A DNA stretch of 64,000 nt from Gammaproteobacteria bacterium (GCA_018698975.1 JABIPQ010000024.1:106-64105), one strand, 5' to 3'; positions 44,757-53,419 are shown, counted from the first letter of the stretch. The notes: a model not told the origin generated them from the sequence alone. Numbers and translations are program-made.

Positions 44757-46222
44757 TTACGACTCTGACGCAGGGTGAGGGAAAAATCGGGCTGCTTTAC
44801 CTCAAAATATGAGGTCTGCTTTTTTTCCTTCATCCTTTTTAACAATTTCAGTATTGGTGCAATTTCAGGGTTGTAGTGCAACTGGTGCGGCGCACGCGTG
44901 CGCATGGCATCGACCTGATCTTCGGGCATCACCGCACGCAGCAAAAACTCCTCATCAGACATGCTTTTTGAAAAACGCTTGCGCCTTTCCTTCAAGGTCA
45001 TGGTGATGGGTTCTTTTTCAATTTCCTTGGTGCGCGGCAATGACATGATTTTGTCCAATACCTCTGGATCAACAGGGGCAGTAGGTCGACCAAAGCGTCC
45101 CAGAACATAGCGAATAGCCTGATCGGGAATCTGTTCGTAACGCTCCTCTCCCATGACATTGAACATCGCCTGAGTAGTCACAATTTGCGGGAAGGGGGTA
45201 ACCATGATGGGAGAGCCTAATTCGGCGCGTACGCGTTCAACTTCTGCCATCACTTCATCAAATTTATGTTCAAGATTAAGTTCGCTCAACTGGCGTCTTG
45301 TGGTGGTGAGGACACCGCCGGCCACCTGGTGGCGCAGGTAGGACGCATCGTAAGCCTGAGGCTGTCCTGACGGTAAACCTTCTGCTTTGGCGAGTGCGAA
45401 ATAATAATCTTCCATAGCCTTGAGGGCTTGCTCATTAACATCAGCCTCATAACCATGGGTTTTCAGATTAGCGATGGTTTGTGATGCACAGGGCAGGGAA
45501 GAACCATGCGCCAGGGGGCCAACCGCCACATGCAAGGCATCAATACCAAGCTCGGCAGCTACTATGTAATTGAACTGTGATAAGCCAATGGTGCAATGGG
45601 AATGCAATTCCAGTGGCAGTTTGCCAATTTCCTTCTTCACTGCGGGAATCAGCGTGCGCGCTCTTTCCGGGGTAAGCAGTCCTGAAGGATCTTTAATATA
45701 GAGTAGATCAAAATCACCGGAAGCCGCAATTTGCCTGGCACAATTTGCATAAAAAGCATCGTCATGGACATCACTCAGGGTGAAGGTCAGTGCCGCCATA
45801 TTTTCTGCATCACCTTCTTCTTTCACAATGCGGGCTACCTGCATCAGCGCATCCATGTCGTGCATGGGGTCAAGCAGTACAAATCGGCCGATGCCATTTT
45901 TCATCAGAGTGCGGTAGGCCAGGCGCATGAAATCATGGTCAGCAGTCTCCCAGGAGATGAAGCGAAAGCCTGTAGAAATAAATTGCAAAGGCACTGTTGG
46001 TAGTGCCTGATGCATCAGACGAATGCGTTCCCAGGGATCATCCTGGTGATAACGCACACCCACTGCCATGTGAGTACTGGAAGTAAAATCGATGGCACGA
46101 AAGCCAACCCGTTCCATGAGAGGCGCCACCTGCATAATCTGCTTGGTGCCCATGCCGGTCATGCCCCACAAACTCTGGTTGCCATCGCGGATACTGACAT
46201 CGACCAGTTTTAATTCAGCCAT
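44750..46222 (-). CDS. Biotin-dependent carboxyltransferase subunit, 5S/pyruvate carboxylase-oxaloacetate decarboxylase alpha type (no biotinyl domain)
   Basis: The N-terminus KLVDVSIRDGNQSLWG (HMGL-like DRE-TIM), LYIKDPSGLLTP (the carbamyl-Lys context of PC/OadA) and LELHSHCTIGLS (HxH metal ligands). At 490 aa it ends without an E-[AV]-M-K-M biotinyl module. Confidence 0.85.
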   Translation of the reverse strand: MAELKLVDVSIRDGNQSLWGMTGMGTKQIMQVAPLMERVGFRAIDFTSSTHMAVGVRYHQDDPWERIRLMHQALPTVPLQFISTGFRFISWETADHDFMRLAYRTLMKNGIGRFVLLDPMHDMDALMQVARIVKEEGDAENMAALTFTLSDVHDDAFYANCARQIAASGDFDLLYIKDPSGLLTPERARTLIPAVKKEIGKLPLELHSHCTIGLSQFNYIVAAELGIDALHVAVGPLAHGSSLPCASQTIANLKTHGYEADVNEQALKAMEDYYFALAKAEGLPSGQPQAYDASYLRHQVAGGVLTTTRRQLSELNLEHKFDEVMAEVERVRAELGSPIMVTPFPQIVTTQAMFNVMGEERYEQIPDQAIRYVLGRFGRPTAPVDPEVLDKIMSLPRTKEIEKEPITMTLKERRKRFSKSMSDEEFLLRAVMPEDQVDAMRTRAPHQLHYNPEIAPILKLLKRMKEKKQTSYFEVKQPDFSLTLRQSRKS

Positions 46223-47594
46223 TGGTAGTCTTCTCCAGCGATACAGTTTCCAGCAACTTGTTCAAAAACAGGCTATCTACAGCGCCTTGGGTGAATTCTT
46301 CAGAGGCCATAATAGCCCGATGTAGAATTATATTATTTTCAATGCCGTCAATCTGACAGTGCTCAAGCGCCTTTTTTAGTAAGCTCATTGCTGTGGCTCT
46401 ATCTTCTCCCCAGACAATTAATTTTCCTAACAAAGAGTCATAGTAGGGAGGTACGACACTGCCGGTTTCAATATGACTGTCTATTCTGATGCCGGGGCCT
46501 GCAGGAAACTGAGCAGCGCTCACAGTACCTGGACTGGGTTGAAAATTATTCATGCAGTCTTCGGCATTGAGACGACATTCAATAGCATGTCCGTTAAAAC
46601 AGACCTCTTCCTGACTCATTCCCAGAGGCCTGCCTTCAGCAATACGAATTTGCTGTGCAATCAGATCGAGTCCGGTAATTTCTTCGGTTACGGGATGTTC
46701 CACCTGGATGCGGGCATTCATTTCCAGAAAATAAAAGCTCGCTCTTTGGGTATCAACAAGAAATTCTACAGTGCCGGCACCGCGATAGCGCAGGTGTTTT
46801 GCGAATGCGACAGCAGCATTTTCCATATGCTCTCTCAGTGCCGGGTCCAGATCAGGCGCCGGGGCTTCCTCGACCAGCTTTTGATAACGGCGCTGAATGG
46901 AGCAGTCGCGTGTGCCCAAATGTATGATGTTGTCTCCATCACCAAGTACCTGAACTTCTACATGCCTTCCACGTTCTACAAAGCATTCCAGATACAGGCG
47001 CTCATCGTTAAAGGCATTTTCAGCTTCCGCTCGTGCCAGGGTCATGGATGCAGCGAGGGTGCTTTCGTCATGAACTACCTGCATACCACGACCGCCACCG
47101 CCACCAACGGCTTTAATCAATACCGGATAGCCGATTTCTGCAGCCAGTTTTTCGGCTTCTCCTGCATCGGCCACGGCTCCGCCTGGTACCAGTGGCAGGG
47201 CAGCAGCAAGCGCATTTTCCCGGGCTTTGAGTTTGTCTCCGATAGCATCTAATTGCTCAATAGTAGGACCGATAAAAATGATGCCGGCTTTTTCACTGGC
47301 TTTTGCCAGAGCGGCATTCTCGGATAAAAAACCATAACCGGGATGGATGGCATCGGCTTTTACTTGCACAGCTGCTTTTATGACAGCCTCAACATTCAGG
47401 TAACTTTGTAATGACGGCGGTGGGCCAATATTGATGACCTGGTCAGCCAGTCTGGCAGGGAGGGAATCCAGGTCAGCCTGGGAGGAAGCAAGTACGCTTT
47501 CTATGCCAAGTTTCTGACAAGTACGAATTATGCGGGCGGCAATTTCACCCCGGTTGGCAATCAACAGGCGGTTTATATTTTTAACAGGATTCAT
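46215..47594 (-). CDS. Biotin carboxylase (ATP-grasp) subunit
   Basis: INRLLIANRGEIAARIIRTC, the glycine loop KAVGGGGGRGMQVV, and EMNARIQVEHPVTE. 459 aa. It overlaps the downstream carboxyltransferase start by 8 nt. Confidence 0.93.
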   Translation of the reverse strand: MNPVKNINRLLIANRGEIAARIIRTCQKLGIESVLASSQADLDSLPARLADQVINIGPPPSLQSYLNVEAVIKAAVQVKADAIHPGYGFLSENAALAKASEKAGIIFIGPTIEQLDAIGDKLKARENALAAALPLVPGGAVADAGEAEKLAAEIGYPVLIKAVGGGGGRGMQVVHDESTLAASMTLARAEAENAFNDERLYLECFVERGRHVEVQVLGDGDNIIHLGTRDCSIQRRYQKLVEEAPAPDLDPALREHMENAAVAFAKHLRYRGAGTVEFLVDTQRASFYFLEMNARIQVEHPVTEEITGLDLIAQQIRIAEGRPLGMSQEEVCFNGHAIECRLNAEDCMNNFQPSPGTVSAAQFPAGPGIRIDSHIETGSVVPPYYDSLLGKLIVWGEDRATAMSLLKKALEHCQIDGIENNIILHRAIMASEEFTQGAVDSLFLNKLLETVSLEKTTNG

Positions 47595-48061
47595 TCAGAT
47601 GGTCTCACCCGCATCAGCAGCTGACCTTTTTCTACAAACTGCGCATCCACCGCGTGAAATTCCATGACTTCACCGCTGACGCCGGCAGGGATTGAATTCA
47701 TCAGTTTCATTACTTCGATAATAGCAATCACGGTATTGGGTTTGACAGATGAGTTCACAGTAACAAAAGGTTCTGCACCGGGTTTCGGGGAGCTGTAAAA
47801 AGTTCCTACCATAGGCGCGCGCACATCGAGCAAGCCTTCCTCAGTGGCAACAGGCTCACTTTGTTCCTCACTGGCTGCTAACGAAGCAAGCCTTGTCTCT
47901 TGTCTCTTGCCTCTTGTCTCTGTCTCCTGAACCCAGCCACTCTTGTCAGCGCTACGCACAAGGCAGAGGGTAAAGCGATCCGTTTCAAGAGTGAGTTCGT
48001 CGTATTCGGTATCATCTAATAAAAGCAGGATTTCCTGAACATCTTCATGGCTTAAACTCAT
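47591..48061 (-). CDS. Biotin carboxyl carrier protein (BCCP)
   Basis: 156-aa ORF with a C-terminal biotinyl domain and the biotinylation motif IIEVMKLMNSI. There are 4-nt ATGA overlaps with both neighbours. Confidence 0.88.
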   Translation of the reverse strand: MSLSHEDVQEILLLLDDTEYDELTLETDRFTLCLVRSADKSGWVQETETRGKRQETRLASLAASEEQSEPVATEEGLLDVRAPMVGTFYSSPKPGAEPFVTVNSSVKPNTVIAIIEVMKLMNSIPAGVSGEVMEFHAVDAQFVEKGQLLMRVRPSE

Positions 48062-49116
48062 TTCTTCTGACCTCCCATCACATTAAAAATGTGATCAAAA
48101 GCCCGGGCGGCAGGTTTGGCAACCGGGGCCTTGTCTTTCAGGGCCCATACGGTTTCGGGACGGCTTTGCAGTAGCAGAACACCCTCGCCCTGAAGATCCT
48201 TTTCGTGAGGTAAGGCCCATTCGATATCCTGTGGGCAGCCATAATGTTTCTCCACGCGTCTGGCGATACTAACCAGTTCCTTTAATTCTTCGTTGCTAAG
48301 ACAAGTGATTTTTTGTCGCTCTTCACTTACAGGCATTTCAATGATGCCACCGTTTTCATCAGGGAGATGTTCAATGGCCTTGTTGGCAATATTCTTATTA
48401 CTGATTTCACTGGTGATTTTATTAACAACAAACTTATCTGGTGTCACTTCGCCACTGACGATACTGGAACCCAGACCCCAGCTAGCCTCTATGGTGATTA
48501 CAGATTTGTCACCGCTTGTCGGACTGCGGGTAAACATGACACCGGAGCAGCGGGAATTGACCATGATCTGCACCACTACGGCCATTGCCAGTTGGTCTTC
48601 AGGCAGGCCCAGGCGCAGTCGATAGGCAACGGATTCAGGATTATAGAGACTGGCCCAGCACTTCCTGACTGAATCCAGTAATTGCGCGTCTCCTTTTTGC
48701 CACAGGTAAGTGTCCTGTAATCCGGCAAAACTGGCTTCTTCACTATCTTCGCTGGTGGCACTTGAACGCACTGCAACTGGCGTATCTGCACCAATGGTCT
48801 GGTAAGCGTCGCTAAGATGCTGGATCAGTTCCGGGGGCAGGGGGGCCTGTTCTACCAGCTTCCTTATGTTTGCGGTTACCTGGTCAATTACCTTGTGGTC
48901 TTCAGGATCCAGGTTTGCTATTTGTTGGCGAATCCCATGTTGTGCGTCAAGCAAGTCCAGGAAATCAATGAATGCGTCAGTAGTGACCACAAAGCCATCA
49001 GGAACCTGAATGCCAGCGTTGCATAATTCACCCAGACTACCTCCTTTTCCGCCTACGCGGGGCCGGTCGGTAAGGGAAATGTCTTTGAACCAAAGTATAT
49101 GTTTTTCGGAATTCAT
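48058..49116 (-). CDS. PEP synthase/PPDK N-terminal ATP-grasp (nucleotide-binding) domain protein, phenylphosphate synthase beta-like
   Basis: LWFKDISLTDRPRVGGKGGSLGELCNAGIQVPDGFVVTTDAF and VAVRSSATSEDSEEASFAGLQDTYL match the PPDK_N domain. The protein stops at 352 aa, with no His-swivel or PEP-binding domain. Confidence 0.85.
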   Translation of the reverse strand: MNSEKHILWFKDISLTDRPRVGGKGGSLGELCNAGIQVPDGFVVTTDAFIDFLDLLDAQHGIRQQIANLDPEDHKVIDQVTANIRKLVEQAPLPPELIQHLSDAYQTIGADTPVAVRSSATSEDSEEASFAGLQDTYLWQKGDAQLLDSVRKCWASLYNPESVAYRLRLGLPEDQLAMAVVVQIMVNSRCSGVMFTRSPTSGDKSVITIEASWGLGSSIVSGEVTPDKFVVNKITSEISNKNIANKAIEHLPDENGGIIEMPVSEERQKITCLSNEELKELVSIARRVEKHYGCPQDIEWALPHEKDLQGEGVLLLQSRPETVWALKDKAPVAKPAARAFDHIFNVMGGQKK

Positions 49117-49148
49117 GTGTTCTTCAAATGTAGAGGAGTGTTTTAGAT

Positions 49149-49234
49149 GGATAAAGGATAAAGGAAAAAGGGATTAATCTTTCAGGATATAAGTAAACCG
49201 CACTCCTTTATCCTTTTTCCTTTATCTTTTATCC
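49149..49234. repeat. Intercistronic heptamer-built hairpin (GGATAAA-type units)
   Basis: 49149-49171 (ggataaa-ggataaa-ggaaaaa-gg) pairs with 49212-49234 at 22 of 23 positions by my alignment, with a 40-nt loop. It lies 2 nt from the stop codon of the 604-aa gene. Confidence 0.8.
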
Positions 49235-49236
49235 GG

Positions 49237-51051
49237 TTATTCAAGAATCGTAACAACCCCACTATCCCCATCAACCCGTATGCGCTGACCATTCTTAATG
49301 CGCTTGGTGGCTTCGCCGGTGCCTACTACAGCGGGCATGCCGTATTCGCGGGCGACAATAGCCATATGGGACATGGTGCCGCCAATATCCGACACTGCTG
49401 CTGCGATTTTGCTGAACAGCGGGCTCCAGCTTGGATGAGTAATTGGGCAGACAAGAATCTCCCCTTCATTTATTTCCCCGAAATCAGTGATGCCGCGTAG
49501 TACTCTTGCCACACCTTCCACGCAGCCTGCTGAGGCAGCGTAGCCGCGAATTTCATTCTCATTTTCAACTGATGGTGCAGCCCAGCTGTGCAGGGTTTCG
49601 GTAGTAATACCCCAAAGCATTTGCAGGGCTGGATCTTCTATATTATCTGGCATAGGGCCTATAGCTGGCGGTGCCTGCCATTCCTTGAGTACCTCAAGCA
49701 TACGTCTGCGTTCGGCAATAATCGGCGGCCAGTAACCCTGGTTCACCGGTCTGGAGCCAGCAGCCCAGCTATTCATCAGATTTCCCAGAGTAAGATTTAC
49801 TTCCGTATGGTGCATTTGGAAAATGTCATCGCTTTTTTCAATGATGCCATGCATCTCAAGCAGGTCGCCAAATTCACGAATTTTGTTGAAGAAACTGGTG
49901 GTCAGCCAATGCTCACAGTAAAACTTGTGGTCTTCTACATAAGGAAAAACAAGATGGCTAACGGCCAGCATCTGATCAAAAGCTCCCTTTTCTTCATCAG
50001 TGTTTAGCAGGTCCCGATATTCACTGATTATTCTCTCACGTTCGGCACGTAATTCTTCAGTTGGCCGTTCCAGGCTGACCCCTTTCTTGACCAGTTCAAT
50101 ATAGTGAGGCAGGGCAGAGAGTGGAACTGCCAGGTCATCATTCCAGCTGCGTTCAAAATGATAAAAGCCGTCACCGATGCTGATGTTAAACCAGGGATCT
50201 CTGGATTCTGCGAGCGCGTCGAGCCACTGTTTGCCGGCATCGCCTTTGGCTTCAACAGCAGGAAGGATGACATCCGGGTTACCGTCTGAAGTGAAAACAT
50301 CCTCGATGCCCAGCTTTACTGCGAGTTTTGCCAGCTTCTTCAGTTCGTCATCGGGGCGGAACATCAGTACATCAATACCCGCCACCATGCGCGCCACAGT
50401 CTGGTCGGTGATTTCCGGAAAAGCCTGCTTGCAGAACTGGAAGAACACTACATAGGCACCATAACCCAGCATCAGCATTTCGAAATGGTGCTGCCACATG
50501 ATGGAATATTTTTCCAGAACCTCATTGTAGGTTTCACGCAGATAATGATTCTGGGCAATGCCTTTGGCTTCCTTGACTACAGCTTCGTCTTCAAATTCAG
50601 GCAGCTCCGGTATTTTAATGGCATTCATTTCCTTGATGAGCTGGCCCATACGCTTTTCCCACTGGACATAGATCTCATCCCAGTTTTCATAATAGTGGCC
50701 GGCCCGTTCCTGGAAAATAGCAAGGCGCTGTTGGATTTCCTCCGGATCAGTCGCGGTATTGGCTGTGATATAAATTCGGCCGTTGATGCAGCGGTAATCA
50801 ATCCCCTTGCCTGTGGGAAAAGCAAAGACCCGGTTCACATAGGCGCCCATGGCATGATAGGCAGACTCTGCAGTGATCATGTCAAAAGCTGACATTGGCT
50901 CGGAAAAATGCATGGAATTATAGAACCAGAAGCGCTCGTCATCTTCAGGCTGCACCTTCGTATAATAAGGATACATTTCGCCCCAGTTCTCGGCGCCAGG
51001 GACATGTCCGATATCAGTCGGTAAGGGAAATGGGTTTTTCCTGTCGCTCAT
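49237..51051 (-). CDS. PEP-utilizing-enzyme mobile (phosphohistidine swivel) domain protein with large unassigned N-terminal domain, phenylphosphate synthase alpha-like
   Basis: The C-terminal ~90 aa, GEILVCPITHPSWSPLFSKIAAAVSDIGGTMSHMAIVAREYGMPAVVGTGEATKRIKNGQRIRVDG, form the swivel domain with its catalytic His (TMSH). The N-terminal ~500 aa show no PEP/pyruvate TIM-barrel motifs that I recognise. Confidence 0.8.
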   Translation of the reverse strand: MSDRKNPFPLPTDIGHVPGAENWGEMYPYYTKVQPEDDERFWFYNSMHFSEPMSAFDMITAESAYHAMGAYVNRVFAFPTGKGIDYRCINGRIYITANTATDPEEIQQRLAIFQERAGHYYENWDEIYVQWEKRMGQLIKEMNAIKIPELPEFEDEAVVKEAKGIAQNHYLRETYNEVLEKYSIMWQHHFEMLMLGYGAYVVFFQFCKQAFPEITDQTVARMVAGIDVLMFRPDDELKKLAKLAVKLGIEDVFTSDGNPDVILPAVEAKGDAGKQWLDALAESRDPWFNISIGDGFYHFERSWNDDLAVPLSALPHYIELVKKGVSLERPTEELRAERERIISEYRDLLNTDEEKGAFDQMLAVSHLVFPYVEDHKFYCEHWLTTSFFNKIREFGDLLEMHGIIEKSDDIFQMHHTEVNLTLGNLMNSWAAGSRPVNQGYWPPIIAERRRMLEVLKEWQAPPAIGPMPDNIEDPALQMLWGITTETLHSWAAPSVENENEIRGYAASAGCVEGVARVLRGITDFGEINEGEILVCPITHPSWSPLFSKIAAAVSDIGGTMSHMAIVAREYGMPAVVGTGEATKRIKNGQRIRVDGDSGVVTILE

Positions 51052-51254
51052 TGCTAAAACTCCGAAATCAGGAATAGTCGTCGACTATTTTTATTAACTT
51101 TTGATTTAGTGGGAACTGTATTTATCCGGCAAGTGTATTCTCCGGGACACAATCATCGCCTTTCTGGTAAAAAAATGGAAGTCTCGATGGGAGAAAATAG
51201 AGTAGGTTAAAATAGGCCTTATAGAGCCAACCCGGGAATCAGCTTAATTCAGCG

Positions 51255-51701
51255 TTACCCTGTTTTCGAACCGTCATCAATGGGGAGATCGCCGGCATCA
51301 GAAGAGCCCGATTTATTGCTATTTCTGTAAACATCAAGAATATGATCAAAGGCTTCTTTCAGGGTGATCTCCCTGAAATCTGAAAATTCCCCGGCATCCA
51401 TAAAAACACCATGTTCTTCGCATACTTCATACCGGATATGAGCTTGTTTGGTGTCATTAACGGATTCCATAGGTTTCATGCAACGCGGGCAATGAATATT
51501 GGTGATTTCGTTATAAATCTTGCCGATGTTTTCATCGCCATCATCAAGCGTAACCGAGGTCCATTCATATTTCAGTTTATCAGCTTCACCCAGATCAAAC
51601 CAGAGGCCTGCACAGCGTTCACATTTATCAATGGCGACTTCGCCGGATTGAGTGAGCACTTTGTGTTCCTGCATTACAGAATGGCATTTCGGACAGAGCA
51701 C
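51255..51701 (-). CDS. Tandem zinc-ribbon (TFIIB-type zf) domain protein
   Basis: There are two modules: CPKCHSVM...CERCAGLWFD and CPRCMKPM...CEEHGVFMD. 148 aa. Confidence 0.6.
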   Translation of the reverse strand: MLCPKCHSVMQEHKVLTQSGEVAIDKCERCAGLWFDLGEADKLKYEWTSVTLDDGDENIGKIYNEITNIHCPRCMKPMESVNDTKQAHIRYEVCEEHGVFMDAGEFSDFREITLKEAFDHILDVYRNSNKSGSSDAGDLPIDDGSKTG

Positions 51702-51771
51702 GTCTTCATTCCTCTTATGATTTCAGTGTCAGAAGTTTATAGCGGGACAAGCAAGATTGCTAATTACAATT

Positions 51772-52944
51772 TCAGGGCTGGTGGGAATAAAGATAATCCC
51801 TGGTAAGAGGCACCACACCATGTTTTTTAGCCAACTGACATTGGAAAACCACAAGGTTGGCAAACTCAAAACTTATATCGCATATTGCCAGATAAAATGT
51901 CCACATACGGAAAAAGGCCTCATCTTTTGTCGCAAGAATTTCTTCCCGGTGCGCGGTGAATCTTGTAAGCCACGCCCGCAAGGTCCAGGCGTAATGCATG
52001 CGCCAGATTTCAAGGTCGGTCAGCATCAGTCTGCTTTTTTCGATACCAATGCTTGTTTCAGAAAGAGAAGGAATTCTGCCGTCAGGGAAAATATACCGAT
52101 CTATCCAGGGGTTGGTTTCCAGGGGGACAGTTTTGTTGCCAATTGTATGGATTAAGGCAACGCCATCATCAGTGAGCATGTCATGGACATGACCAAAGTA
52201 ATTGGGTAAATCGCGAATACCAACATGCTCCAGCATGCCAACACTGACAATGCGCTCATAGTGTTCGTGATGCTCACGATAGTCAGCCAGTTTAAAAGTG
52301 GCAAGGTCGTCTAAATTACGTTTCTTGGCTTCGTCTTGAGCAACACGTAGCTGTTCGTTTGAAAGAGTAATGCCGGTGACCTGTACGCCATGATGTTTTG
52401 CCAGATGAAAAGCCAGGCTACCCCAGCCACAGCCAATATCCAGAACTTTCATTCCCGGTTTGAGTAATAATTTGCGTGCGATCAAAGAAGCCTTATTTTG
52501 CTGGGCCTGTTCCAGTGTGTCATTTTCATTTTTGAAATAGGCGCAGGAATAGTACATTCCCTGATCGAGAAACATGAGAAAAACAGATTCTTCGGTATCG
52601 TAGTGATGAGCTATGTTGCGATAATTTCTGGTGACCTTGTTATATTGCTGGTACATCCTTATCAAAGGGGAATACCACTTTTTGACGCCTTTTGGGGAAA
52701 AGTTAGTGCGTAGCAGACCCAATAACGCTCTCAGGTCCTGATCACCGGTATCCCAGCCACCTTCCATATAGGTCTGGCCCAGTTCAAATTCCCAGTCGCG
52801 CGCAATACGTTTGATGGCTTGTTCATCCCTGATATACCAGTGAGCTTCCTGCCCGCTCTTGCCAAAATGATGGCTGCTACCATCGGGTAAATATAAATGC
52901 AGAATGCCTTCCTGGATGTTATTTTTCAGAAGTTTTAGATACAT
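51772..52944 (-). CDS. cfa: Cyclopropane-fatty-acyl-phospholipid synthase family SAM-dependent methyltransferase
   Basis: SAM motif VLDIGCGWGSLAFHLAKHHG, plus SCAYF and the C-terminal YLAICDISFE, typical of the CFA synthase/mycolic acid methyltransferase family. Confidence 0.8.
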   Translation of the reverse strand: MYLKLLKNNIQEGILHLYLPDGSSHHFGKSGQEAHWYIRDEQAIKRIARDWEFELGQTYMEGGWDTGDQDLRALLGLLRTNFSPKGVKKWYSPLIRMYQQYNKVTRNYRNIAHHYDTEESVFLMFLDQGMYYSCAYFKNENDTLEQAQQNKASLIARKLLLKPGMKVLDIGCGWGSLAFHLAKHHGVQVTGITLSNEQLRVAQDEAKKRNLDDLATFKLADYREHHEHYERIVSVGMLEHVGIRDLPNYFGHVHDMLTDDGVALIHTIGNKTVPLETNPWIDRYIFPDGRIPSLSETSIGIEKSRLMLTDLEIWRMHYAWTLRAWLTRFTAHREEILATKDEAFFRMWTFYLAICDISFEFANLVVFQCQLAKKHGVVPLTRDYLYSHQP

Positions 52945-52963
52945 CTATAGTTCCCCTTTATGC

Positions 52964-53419
52964 TTATTCAGCACTCTCCTTATTGGCCGGAATAATTGAA
53001 CTGAAGAATGCTGGTTTAGCACAAAATAAACCTGCCAGGGCGAAAAAAGCCTGGATGATATGGTTCATTTCAGCCCTCAGACTGGGAGCAGCTAACTCTT
53101 CCACGAAAGGCATGCCTGCCCAATAGGGCAGATAATATCCGCTCAAGAGGACAAGGCATATCCACCAGGTAAGGGGTTGTCTGACTTTGTCACTGGCGAA
53201 AAACAAATACAGCACAATCAGAATTGTAGCGATATCACCAAATGCTTCACGTAACGCGTGATACCAGGAATGAGCCTGGCCGCCGCCGAAATTACTTTGC
53301 ACCAGATAGGCAGGATCACCAATATGATTAAAAGTTGCCAACAGGCTTGTCAAACCATAGAGAAATCCAAAGACTAAAAGAGCTCTGGCAATATTTAATT
53401 GATTTATCATGAGTTTCAC
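52964..53419 (-). CDS. Hypothetical integral membrane protein (about 4 TM)
   Basis: 151-aa ORF with four hydrophobic segments, 20 nt upstream of and co-oriented with the cfa-like gene. I recognise no family. Confidence 0.5.
   Translation of the reverse strand: MKLMINQLNIARALLVFGFLYGLTSLLATFNHIGDPAYLVQSNFGGGQAHSWYHALREAFGDIATILIVLYLFFASDKVRQPLTWWICLVLLSGYYLPYWAGMPFVEELAAPSLRAEMNHIIQAFFALAGLFCAKPAFFSSIIPANKESAE

Noticed and set aside
46473-47252. 259-aa ORF on the + strand opposite the biotin carboxylase gene
   Set aside because: It is antisense to a gene with unmistakable biotin carboxylase motifs. Its translation has no recognisable domain and is Cys/Phe/Ser-rich, as expected for a shadow frame.
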